From: Mytilus californianus
Taxonomy: Eukaryota
Assembly (NCBI RefSeq): GCF_021869535.1
Contig: NW_026262581.1
Location: forward strand, 51,770,001 to 51,834,000
DNA: 64,000 nt
Direction: 5' to 3'
The position numbers and the translations under genes are program-made. This document shows positions 42,053 to 53,851 of this stretch, piece after piece (the first letter of the stretch is position 1; every line of letters starts with the position of its first letter). The notes beneath the pieces are model-generated. The model ran no database searches. It was not told the DNA's origin and worked only from the letters and a program-made list of their open reading frames with translations.

Positions 42053-42814
42053 AGTGTTGGCTGCTGGATCCCAATTATTGTCACCTTAACCTATTATGTC
42101 TTGGTTGCTCATTCAATTAAGTTATTATAACGGAACTAACCCCAGTCATACAAATTGAAGGTTTGTCTAGCTATAAAACCAGGTTTAACTCACCATTTTC
42201 TTCGGAAAATGCCTTTACCAAGTCAGGAATATGACAGTCGTTTCCATTCGTTTCGTTGGTTGCTAAAATCGAACGTTTAATTTAGTCAGTTTTTATGGAC
42301 TTACCCTTTTTGAATTTACTTTGGAATTCTGTATTTTTGTTAATACTTTTTTTAGTCTTATTTTTGGTGTAAACTCGTTGATGGAACTTGACAGCAAATT
42401 GAGCACGAAGAGCGGAAGCTCTGCACACTTCAATGGTGTTTGCTTAACGTCCAGTGGCAAGTATTTCATGCATGTTTCTTAAATTCAAGATTATTATTCT
42501 GATTCAAACTTTTAAAAATAAATATAGATCAACTATAAATTGATATTTATAATCCCGTAAGTAAACATATATAGATAACACTTTACAACATAAAGATGCA
42601 ATTACACCTGTTGACCTTTAACATTTTAGATTTGAGTGTTACTGATGAAGGTTAATCCCGAAAACTTTTCGGTAGGCCCAAATTTTTAAAGAGTTATTTT
42701 CATTTTTGAGAATCCTTCAGATCAAGACGCACCGATAAATGACAGGGCTGTAAACCATTGCATATCTTTTAGATACATGTTATAAGACATATAGTTAGGT
42801 GTATGTCTTAATAT

Positions 42815-43800
42815 AAAATAAGGAGATGTGGTATGATTGTCTAGGATACAACTATTCACTAGAGACTAAATGACGTGGAATTACTAGTAAACAACTATAT
42901 GTCACCGTATGGCATTCAACAATGAGCAAAACTCTTACCGTATAGTAACCGATATGACAACATGTGCATGTGTGAAACAATTCAAACGAAAAAAAAAAAC
43001 ATCGTCTGATTTTTGACAAAACAATAAACGAAAAACAAATATGCTAGACTTCAACGTACATCGACCACAGATTATGTTCGTAGAAATCTATAACATCTCT
43101 ATACAGACACTAACATAGTGAACGCTTTGGGATACATATAAGCACCATAAGATGTGGCCAAAGGAAAATCACCGTCAAAAACAGAAAAATTATAAAAAGG
43201 GAACGAAAAATCGTCCCTTGCATGTGCCATTAATCTTTGTATAGAATTGACCGTCCGTGCATTTGAAACTGAAATATCCGTAAATCTAGGATCGAAAGGA
43301 CAGTTATTGCTGTTTGTATTAGATTTATTTAAAGTAAGTTCCCTTGGATATTTTGGCAATATATTTAGAGAATAATGTCGCGTAATTTTATCATCAAGGA
43401 AACAGTAAGTGTTGTTAAATTTTTCAATTGAATGGAGTTTAGACAGATCTTTACTAGGTTTTTGCCATAAAATGTATAACAACACAGGAATAAATCTGCT
43501 ATTAAAGGGGTGCTATTGGCGCCCATAGGAATACCGTAGGCTACAAAATGTTGATCAACTTTATTGCCGAAACGTACATAGATATTGTCAAGGAGAAAAT
43601 ATACAGCTTTAATTAACTCATCATACTTCCTGTAAGTAAATCAGGCATATCAAGTTTTTTTTACAAAGGAGGAGGATCTCGTTTTGCCACATTTCTTCCC
43701 AATTGGAATAAACTACAATCTTTAAAGCCATCACTTAAAAGCTATAATGTTTTCCTAGAATTTGTATTTGAGCTGATAATATACCTTTCTGTTTCATTAA
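42815..43800 (-). mobile_element. Penelope-like (Naiad-type) element fragment: RT plus 3' UTR (family R2 end)
   Basis: Minus strand FLLDNIYVRFGNKV...GIPMGANSTPLIADLFL, then RDDFSFPFYNF...ATSYGAY, followed by the R2 terminal sequence ...caatcataccacatctcctt. Confidence 0.8.
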
Positions 43801-45965
43801 AGTATATTCAAAGTACTAATAATCACAAAGATTTATATATATTAACGATAAACATTGTCCGCGACGATTATACTTTGTCATGAAAATTTCGGTGTGTTGT
43901 TTATTCCACTACCTAGTATTTCTGCTTGTCTGAATATTTCTGCATTTTGGTTGATACTCTGGTCATATTGGCAATGAATGTTTCTATTGAAACAGTAACG
44001 GCATTGAGAGTTCACTATTTTGTCCTTTATAATAAACAGATTGATATGTTAACCCTGCTGCTTTGCCCTAACTGTGTCAATTATAATGTAATACCAATAA
44101 AGATCCTTTACCATTCCATTAATCCTTTTCTGACTACTTTTATTTTCTTTTTAACAGAATGTTTCACTCAACTTTAAACCAGTTTTTCTATTCCATTAAA
44201 ATTATTGTGATGTAACCAAAGGGGCCAGTGAGCCTTTACCTGCAATATCACCTGTACGGAAAATGTGTACTTGAATAAATCTAATGTTTGAAGTAAAGAC
44301 TGAAGGACATGTAAATCTACACACAAGTTTTTATCAGTTAACAGTACATGAATGTCCTAGTTTAAGGTAAGAAAGCATGTGTTTATCCCATCGGTATTTG
44401 CATTTAAACGAAATTAAAATGTTTGTCAAATATTTATATATATTATCATGGTCATCTTTATGATCCAAAAACAACAAATTATTGCATGTAAAAGATGAGG
44501 AAAAATTGCACCGAATAAAGATGCATAAATTATATGAACGTCTCTCTTTATATAGTACCATTAACGTTTCACGGATTTTTTGTGTCAATAAGTGTGATAT
44601 TTTCTTAATCAAGGTTGGAATAGGTATTCATTTGCCTCAAGCGTCCTTTAATACTGGATCTAAAGAATATGGTCACATTTGATGGAGTGAACAGATAAAT
44701 GTAAAGTCCAGTATATTTTAAAAGCAATCGCTTCAAACTATGTTACATATTTGTGTTACTATGTCGTATTCGTTCAAAGTGATCTTTACCATGAGAAAAT
44801 TGTGAAATTTTCTCACAATTTTCTCATTTCTGATGTTAGTTAAATTAGAAAACGACATAAAAACGGAGATTGTTGTTATTACCCATAAGTTAAACATAAT
44901 TTAACAGACACCGAACAAATTAAAAAAAAAAACAAACAATTTATTGGCCTCAATCATTATTAGGGTATCATATATGATTTTAACCTTATCTTACATGATT
45001 TCCAAAACCACAGTAGATACAGGTGAGCGACACAGGCTCTTGAGAGCCTCTAGTTATTTTGAAGTAGCTTCAGTAAATGTGATATGGGTCGGAACCTCTT
45101 CACTAATGTTACTATTAGTTTTATGTTTGTTTTAGTGTTGGAACCGTGAATTATATTGACTTGGAGTTGAGTCCATATCAATTCTTACAGTTTTAAACCG
45201 GTTGCACATTGCTTTATTCAAGGATTTGTATAGTACTATACAAATCCTTGCATTATTTAAAAAAAAAAGTTGCTCCACGTTAGGCCGAGAATATTTTTTA
45301 TTAAACTAAGTTTATTTAATTGTTTCATCCTGATTATATTTTATTTTACTGTTTATTAGTTTCCCGAATGCTTGCGACCTAAAATGACAGGACAAATCTG
45401 GGAATAGTATGCCTGGGACATAATATATTCATTATGCTAACGTCAATATACTATCACGGTCGCAGGACAAATAGAAGACTGTGACAAGAAAAACAGAATG
45501 AAATATTCTAAACTAATTAAAATAACTGAGGCAAAGAGAAATATGTATTGTAATTTTCAGAGTTATCATTATTTATAACCTTGTAATAGACAAATTGCTT
45601 TTAATTTCAGTTGAATCAGAGACATTGATATAACAGTACAAGGGTTTGTACTTTTTGACCATACACCGGAGACACATCGTTTCCACAACCGACTTATTTC
45701 CTCTTATTAGAAATTTGAACAAGACAGGACAGATAACTCTGGATTGAATTTTCGTATCTATGAAAAAAAATGTTGTAACATTTAAAGCGTAAAGAGATAA
45801 GATAATGCTTGACAGTTGTAGCACCATGTGAAATCTTGTTTAAAAAACCTTAGAGCTACTATTTTAATGACACTAATATGGTAATAATAACGCATTCAAT
45901 TCTAAATTTCATTCTTATTATGGCGATCAGGTGAATTCCCTTACTAGGCTCTAGTGAAATAATTA

Positions 45966-46854
45966 GGGAGCTACCATTTGATTTTTATTGGGGGCTATGA
46001 TGAAATTTGAAAAAAAGCAGGAGAGGAGATCTGAGTTAAAAAAAAAAAAAAGAAGGCAGAATGAGCAACTCGGCAAAAAAATAAGACCGATGACAATTTT
46101 AATATATAAAAAAAAGTCAGGATAAACTATTAAAAAAAAGGCAGGACCAAATCGGTTGGTCTTTTCACCACCAAACATCCACCTCACACCGCCAAACACC
46201 ACCTAACACATTAAAATACCATTAAACACATCTAAATATATTGTTTTCATCTTTATTTATATATTTACTTACCTTCTGAACGAGGATGAATATGTTTATA
46301 CATATATATACATAAATTAATAAGAAATAATAACAAGAGAACCAAAAAGGACAGTCTTGCAGGGCTGTTGTCAAGTCTAACATTTTTTTGAATATAATTA
46401 TTGTGATAATTTCACATTAAATGAAATGTTTTTACTTATTTGAACAATTTATATCTAATAATTGAAAAGTAAAGACCATAAGATAATATACAATGAAACA
46501 CAGACAATGTAAATCCGGAAAAAATATTGCTGGATCCGGAAGCTTTTTTTTTTTAATTTTGATTCTCAACTTTAACATCACTAATGCACTTAAAAATGTG
46601 AAAACATGAGATTAGGATGTAATTTAATCAATTTTATTGTTTTATTGTGTAACATTACTGTTTTTTTTAAGGGTTAGTGGTCTTTTTGGGTGTTCGGTGG
46701 TGTTCGGCAGTTTTCGGTGGTGAAAAGAATAACCCGGACCGAATAGAGTGAAAAATAAAAAGGCAGGACAGAGATTACAACTAAAAAAAAATGCAGGACA
46801 AAATTTTTCATCCTAGCCCCCCTCCCCCCCCATAAAAATCAAATGGTAGTTCCC
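45966..46854. mobile_element. PIF/Harbinger-like MITE (TTA TSD) carrying a nested MITE
   Basis: TTA|GGGAGCTACCATTTGATTTTTA ... TAAAAATCAAATGGTAGTTCCC|TTA. Confidence 0.85.
46153..46736. mobile_element. 584-bp MITE with 8-bp TSD nested in the Harbinger-like MITE
   Basis: TIR CGGTTGGTCTTTTCACCACC / GGTGGTGAAAAGAATAACCCG; TSD gaccaaat (46145-46152) / gaccgaat (46737-46744). Confidence 0.75.
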
Positions 46855-47153
46855 TTATGACGTCTTGAAAGGCTATTTTATTTTTTTGCTTTGACGCCTT
46901 CCTGCAACACAAATAAAAAATAAAAAAGCCTTTCAAGACGTCATAATTATTTGGACTAAATTCCCTGATGATAAATTTAGTTACAACATCAACAAAAAAT
47001 AATTCATATTGGTGCTTTATTATCCACACCACTGAATAGAAAACAAGAACTGAACTTTGCTACATCTTTTTTTAAATTTTAAGGATTGGGCACTGCTGCA
47101 CAGCCCAACAATAAGGAATAGTTTCCAAAAGTTTGACATGTTTGTGAAGACTC

Positions 47154-48075
47154 CCTGATATTTCGGCCCATAACAAACTCGGACTATAACAAACTCGGCC
47201 TATAAAAAAATCGGCCTCACAAAATCGGACTAGAACTAACTCGGACTACTAGACGAATATAAGTATGATGATGGATGTTATTTTCTTTATTGGAAATTAA
47301 TTATCAGTACTTTATTGAAATTAATTATGAATTAGAATAATTAAATATTTTATTTTTTAACATTTTACAAGCAAGAAATATAAATTACGTTAACACGATA
47401 TAAAAAGAAAAGTAAGACTAATTTCAGTTAAGTATAATGAAAAGTTACCAATAAAATAACTGTTTGCTTCGGCTTGCCTTTATAAAAACTTTATATCTGT
47501 GACCATTTAATATAATTATTCTTTTAATTGGTGAATCCATTAATAAAGAATTACAGATTAATGAAATTGTTAACAAGCCATTCACTGTCAATCGAATTTA
47601 TCATTGTTTGTATAGCAATTATGAACACCAAGGATTAAACACAATACAAACACACACGCACGCCAATCATTAAAACACCATTTAGCTATAAAAAAAACAT
47701 ACTATTAACATAAAAGTACAAACGAGAAATTCACAATAATTTTTCAAATAGAAGTTAATTATCCTCATTTAAAGTATTCAATTCAAACTTATATTTCACT
47801 TAAACTGTATCTCATAAACACATATTTTATCTGATCGATCTAAGTTTTATTTTATTACATTTCTTTTTTCAAAAATATTTATCATTATCTCATAAATTTG
47901 TATTGAAATTATTTATAAATTAAGTAAATTTAAAAAAAGAAGGAAAAAAAAAACAGTTATGTAACACAATCTACAAATCATAGCCCGAGTTTGTTCACTT
48001 TATTTCTTCATATAAATAATGGTAGGCCGAGTTTGTTATAGTCCGAGTTTGTGATAAGCTGAGTTATCTAGCAGC
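47154..48075. mobile_element. Foldback MITE with repeated acaaactcgg subterminal motifs
   Basis: ataacaaactcgg units at the left, ccgagtttgt units at the right; flanked by direct repeat gtttgtgaagactc (47140-47153, 48076-48089). Confidence 0.7.
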
Positions 48076-48261
48076 GTTTGTGAAGACTCTCATAAATTGG
48101 GATAATATCCAGTTGTGAGAATCTTTCCCAACCTGTATGAGAAATTTTTCAAATTAAAATTTAGAAAAACTAAATAGTTTGTTCCTCAAATTAAATTGAC
48201 ACAAATTTATTTTGAAAATCACTAGTATTTTTTAATGTTGCAATCATTTTAGCATGCACCA

Positions 48262-48435
48262 CAGGGGCTTGCTTAGTGGAAGAGATGAGGTTTTACTGTC
48301 AATGGCGGTCACTATCTATAGATAAGCAACTTGTCAGATAGTGACCTCCATTGGCAGTAAAACCTCATCTGACCCACTAAACTAGTAACCGCCATTGGCA
48401 GTTAAACCTCATCTAACCCATGAAACAAGCTCCTG
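48262..48435. mobile_element. Small hairpin MITE
   Basis: Ends CAGGGGCTTG / CAAGCTCCTG; internal 35-bp arms at 48283-48317 and 48336-48370 with 2 mismatches. Confidence 0.55.
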
Positions 48436-48768
48436 TTCACAGGGTTGGCAAAGTATTACCTGGGCGGGAAAACCCAGGTCCGGGTTTTCCGGGGCTGGAC
48501 AATACTCCCTGAAATGGGTAATACTGGGCATTATGAATTTTTAAGCTTATTTTTAATCAAAATAGTAAATGAATACTGTAGTTTCATAGTATTATTGCTA
48601 TATATATAAAATAATAACAAGTCTAAATTGAAAACAACTTTCAAACCTATGATTGTGTTGGATATAAACCGCAATTTTTATACGTGTGCATGCAAAACAA
48701 ATTTCTTGGTAGAGGGGTCTAAATACAGCACAAATAACATTTTCCAAAAGACCAAAAAAGTGAAAAAG

Positions 48769-49041
48769 TATATTTTAACAAAACGCATTTGACTAGCAGG
48801 TCGAACAATGGATGTTCTTAAACCCTACTGACTGCCATTGGCGATTGCCAAATAAACTGATCACCAGATGTAACAAAATGGATAGTTAAGATCCATTTTG
48901 TTACATCTGGTGATCCGTTAGTTAAGATCCATTTTGTTACATCTGGTGATCCGTTTATTTGGCAATCGCCAATGGCAGTCAGCAGGGTTTACGAACATCC
49001 ACTGTTCAACCTGCTAGTCAAATGCGTTTTGTTAAAATATA
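48769..49041. repeat. Long quasi-palindrome with 36-bp tandem duplication at its centre
   Basis: Arms of about 115 bp with about 5 mismatches; agttaagatccattttgttacatctggtgatccgtt occurs twice (48884-48919, 48920-48955). Confidence 0.9.
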
Positions 49042-50244
49042 TATGATAATAATATACACATAAACATTGAGTCATTTTCAGAGGATAAACAAATTCAAGA
49101 TCTTCCTTTTATTTGATAATTCTATATACATGTAGCATGTATAGGCAGAATACAGTTGAGTTTTGCAAATTTTTGGAAACCTTGTTGATTTCTCAGCTTT
49201 GTTTGGTAGTGTAGTAGTATAGTGAATTTGGAAAATTTAATTGCTTTACAATCATTTTGCTAAATATACACCATAAGGGAACATATCAACCATACTTATA
49301 AAGATGAAAAGGATTATTATTGCAATAACAGTTTGACAAATTAAGAGAGATATTTTTTTTGAATTGTATATGTTTTACTTTTAGCGAAGATTATCTATAA
49401 ATCTTATTGTAAAAAATTTTCACATAAGTCTATGCATGCTCATGTTTGCCTTAAGAGTTGCTGGACCAATACTTTCCCTATTAATTTATACACTTTAAAA
49501 TAAAAATCTCAAACAATGAGATAATAAATTAAAATATTATATTCTGTATATAAATCTTTTATGTATTGCATTTGTAATTGATCACTGAATCCTCTTAAAA
49601 ATTTAAACCAGTATTTCTTGTTACCCAGTTTTGCCCAGTATTACCCAGTAAAACCCAGCTTTTCCCAGTATTTCCCACTGGGCTGGGCAATACTCTTATC
49701 AAATATTATCATGATTATAAAATAGTATATTTTTTATATTTTTGTGAAAATGTTGATAATGATTAATGGTTGTTTATTAATTACTGAGTAAAAGATAAGG
49801 TGTCTCAGTCTGCAGGATTGTCTGAATTTGAACAAGTTTTGTACCCAGAAACAGTAGTAAAAGAGAGACAGAAATACTTAAAGTCAAAAATGAATTTATC
49901 ATGCCATGGCAAAATACGGCCGAAAGACAGTATATAAAACGCAACACCAAAAATCAAAGACTGAGCAACACAAACTTAGTCAAAAACTAGGGTGATCTCA
50001 GGTGCTCTGGAAGTGTAAGCCGATCCTGCCCCACATGTGGCACCTGTTGTGTTGCAAATGTCAATAAAACCCAGTGATAAGTCTAAATCAGTAGGTCACA
50101 TTTGAGGAAAAGTTAAGTCATTTTTAAGTAAGTTTCATGTTAGATGAACAGATATACATTGCATTAATTTAAGCATCCACTAATATGAAAATCAGTTTAT
50201 CTATCCAGGCTATTCATATGACTTTTGTTTTCCAGGCTATTTGT

Positions 50245-50407
50245 ATGACTTTTAGAGCAGCTGGATCCAAAGTTCATTTGTTGATTAATAAGAGTAGCAT
50301 TCCTTGGTATATAAAAATGGCAGCTCCTACCAGTGTAAGATTTCTCCATGAAAAGGCATATGTAAATGGAAAATGGGCAGATGCTGCAAGTGGCAAAACA
50401 TTTGATG
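50245..50407 (+). CDS. ALDH5A1: Succinate-semialdehyde dehydrogenase, first coding exon
   Basis: Acceptor ttttgttttccAG at 50234-50235; ATG 50245 (MTFRAAGSKVHLLINKSSIPWYIK) in frame with ATG 50317 (MAAPTSVRFLHEKAYVNGKWADAASGKTFD); donor GTTGGT at 50408. Confidence 0.85.
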
Positions 50408-50788
50408 GTTGGTAAAATTTAAGTTAGGGCAACACAAATAATAATCCTTTTTTGTATCTTTGTGTTGGAAACTAAGGATTGTTCAACAAAAAGTATTTTG
50501 GTATTAATCATTGTTAAAAGGTACTCATAATTACTTCTGATTCCAACACTTTTTTTTAGTTTCACTTTACTGCATTTCTCTACCCATTATTGTTTGAAAG
50601 AAAATATCCCAAAACTCTTCAAGTTCATTATCATCCCTTTAAAAGACAATTATAACTCCAGCTATGAGTTCTTTCATTTTGATTGCTATAGTTTTTAGTA
50701 GATCTTGACTTACTTAACTGCAACTGTGTCCCATCAGATTTCCACTTATATCAACTACAGTTTTCAGGATTTGTGACAATTATTTGTA

Positions 50789-51654
50789 TTTTTATATTTT
50801 TGCGGTTGTATATTGGTATCACGTCGTTGTAGACGTCAGCGTCGTCTGAAGACATTTGGTTTCCAGACAATAACTTTAGTTTAAGTGTATGGATCTCTAT
50901 GAAATTAAACAAAAGGTTCAATACCACAAAAGGAAGGTTGGGATTGTTTTTGGGGGTGATGGTCCCAACCGTTTAGGAATTAAGGGCCAAAAACAAGCAT
51001 TTTTCTAGTTTCAGGACAATAACTTGTGTATAAGTATTTGGTTGCTCTGAAATTGTACCACAAGGTTCAATACCACAAGAAGAAGGTTGGGATTCATTTT
51101 GGGGGTTAATTGCCCAAACCGTTCAGGAATTAGGGGCCAAAAAGGGTCTAAAACAAGCATTTTTCTAGTTTTCGGACAATAACTTGTGATTAAGCATATG
51201 GATGTCTCTTAATTTGTACCACATTTTACAAAAAGAAAATTTCTTCAAAATTAATATTTTTGGAAGGGGGGGGGGGGGGGGGGGGGCAATTTTTTTTCCT
51301 CAAAAGAAAATTATCTTCAAATATTTTTTTGGAGGGGGGGTAAAAAAAAATTTTTTTGGGAGGGTTATTTTTTTTCCTCAAGATTTAAAAAATTAAAAAA
51401 TTGTCAATTTTCCACTTATTTTGCTAATTCTTTGTATATAGTCTGAAAACAGATTACTAAGTATTGCGCAACAGCACAGTGTATTGCACAACAGCAAGAA
51501 ATCTTCAATTGAATATAAATTCAAATCATACAACTAATTTCAAGTTCTTTGACACATTTATTCTGTGTCAGAAACCTATAAAATATATTTTGCTCCTACT
51601 GTTCAGGGTTGGACCTCTGCAGTCGTATCCAGCTGCGCTCGGCGAAGCAGTTTA
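50789..51654 (+). mobile_element. HINE-type Helentron with central repeats in SSADH intron 1
   Basis: (GTC)-rich 5' part, repeated gacaataact...aaattgtacc...aaggttgggatt units, 3' hairpin-like cagctgcgctcggcgaagca. A truncated relative lies at about 52610-52945. Confidence 0.7.
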
Positions 51655-51869
51655 TTACATTATATGTTCTATTTTTAATCCATGTAGCCATGTCAATAGA
51701 CAGAAAAGAAAATGATTCAAAAACTGAAATCTAGGGAGATACACTATAAGGATCAATTATGTCAATTTTGGTTTAAAGGAGAAGTTATGAAAAGGCCACT
51801 TTTTTTGCACCTTGAAATTCAGAAATCAAAATTATTATTAATTCTGGGCTACTGTTTTACAATTTGCAG

Positions 51870-51991
51870 TGGTCAATCCTTCCAATGGGAAAAAGATTGG
51901 TGTTGTACCAGACATGGATGCTGCAGACACACAGAATGCTATACAATTTGCTCAGACTGCTTTTGAATCATGGAAGGAAACAACAGCCAAG
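51870..51991 (+). CDS. ALDH5A1: SSADH exon 2
   Basis: tttgcAG|...VVNPSNGKKIGVVPDMDAADTQNAIQFAQTAFESWKETTAK|GT; phase consistent with exon 1. Confidence 0.95.
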
Positions 51992-52448
51992 GTATAGATA
52001 ATTGTAAAAAATCTAGTAATTTTGGTTGGGAATCAAAGTTTAAAAATACTACAAAATGAAAACTTTATTCTCAAGTATATGTCTATAAAATGATAAACCA
52101 CGAACATATTTTGACACGTAAAACTGCAAATATTTTTATGCCGCAAATTTTAATACTCATAACACATACTGAGAGTTAATTTCTATTCATAGTGATCTTT
52201 GGCAGTGCCAATAACAGTACATTTCCTTTTCAATATTTCCATACAAGAAAACACTAAAGTTTAAATATAAATAATTGAACAATAGTATGGATAAATGGTA
52301 AAGCCTAAAGACACAATATATATTGTCAGTTATGCAAGTACAAAATAACATTAATGTATACATATTTTTTCTTGTGTAAGTTTTAAAATTTCTGCTCCTC
52401 TATTCATGTCTGACAGATAATTTTATTTCTTTTTTTTCTCAATTTCAG

Positions 52449-52532
52449 GAAAGAAGTGTCATATTGAGAAAATGGAGCGAGCTCTGTATAGAGAATAAAG
52501 ATGAGCTTGCAAAGATACTAACACTTGAAAAT
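52449..52532 (+). CDS. ALDH5A1: SSADH exon 3
   Basis: tttcAG|ERSVILRKWSELCIENKDELAKILTLEN|GTAAGA; 84 bp. Confidence 0.95.
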
Positions 52533-53851
52533 GTAAGATTGAAAATAATGTGATTTTGATCATGAAGTTCACATTCTCATTTCAAAGAAATCTTTTAGAG
52601 AATGGCATGTATTTTTATACGACTGCAATATTTTTGCGTTTGTATAATGTTATGACGTTGTCGTCTTTGTCAGTTTCGTCTTCATCATCGTCGTCCAAAG
52701 ACATTTGGTTTCCAAACAATAACTTGAGTATAAGTGTATGGATCTCTATGAAATTTTACCACAAGTTTCCATACCTCAAAAGGAAGGTTGGGATTTCTTT
52801 TTGGGGCCATGGACCAAACTGTTTAGGGACCAAAAAGGGGCAAAAAAATAAGGATTTTCTGGTTTCCAGACAATAACTTGAGTAAAAGTCTATGGATCTC
52901 CATTGTACCACAAGGTTCCATACCAAAAAAGGAAGATTGATATTGATATTTTGACTTTAATAAATACAGATACTAGCATGAGTCAAATATCTTTTTAGTT
53001 AAGTCTGTTTCTCTTTTTATATTTAACGAAATGCTTTATGCAAAATTACCATTATCATATTTTGGTAAAATATGGATGATGTTAATTGGGTTGAAGACAT
53101 CACTTAAACTTTACAGTTGTATTTTCTGCAATGAAAAGGCTTTTCATTTATTGCTACATGTATTAAGTAAACTTTTTGTAAGGGGTTTATTTAAACTAAT
53201 TTCACAATTAAGATAAAATCCCCTAGCCTAAATGTGATCAGAAGTTTTAGAAAATTTGGAATCAGGGACAAGAAAACTGAAAATAAAACTTTAAAAAAAA
53301 CAAAACGTTAACAACAACACATTACATCAATACAGTTAACATTATTATTTAAGGATTGAAGATTCTAGCTATTTTGATGCAATTTGGAAAAAATGCAGCA
53401 CACTTTGAAAAAAAACATACAAGAAATTTTCACTTATGTCTAGATAAATCAGACTGTTGCTTTTCTTGTTGTATTTTGTCATGCCTAGGCCTTTAATAGG
53501 TTACTTGCATGCGTTTTGCTCATTGTTGAAGGCCATTAAGTGGCCTCTAGTTGTTAACGTCCTTGTCCTTTGGTCTCAGGGGAATAGTGTGGCACTGATA
53601 CCACATCTCCCTATTTTTATATACAGTGGCAGAAGCTGGTAAAAGACATAATACTTCAGGGAAATTTGATATTCTAAGATATCTGATGAAAGGCTTCAAA
53701 ACGAGACCCAAGTTTAAATCCTTTTCAATTTTGTTTGTTTTTTTTTTTATATTCAATTTTTGAAATGAAATTTAATAACATTACCTTAGGACTGGTCTTC
53801 TTGTTGTTGTCATGCTTTTACAAAGTTTTTGGATATTGAATGAAGCTTTAA

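Noticed and set aside
50185-50244. ATG at 50185 as the SSADH start
   Set aside because: It lies upstream of a strong polypyrimidine acceptor (50222-50235), so it is probably intronic.
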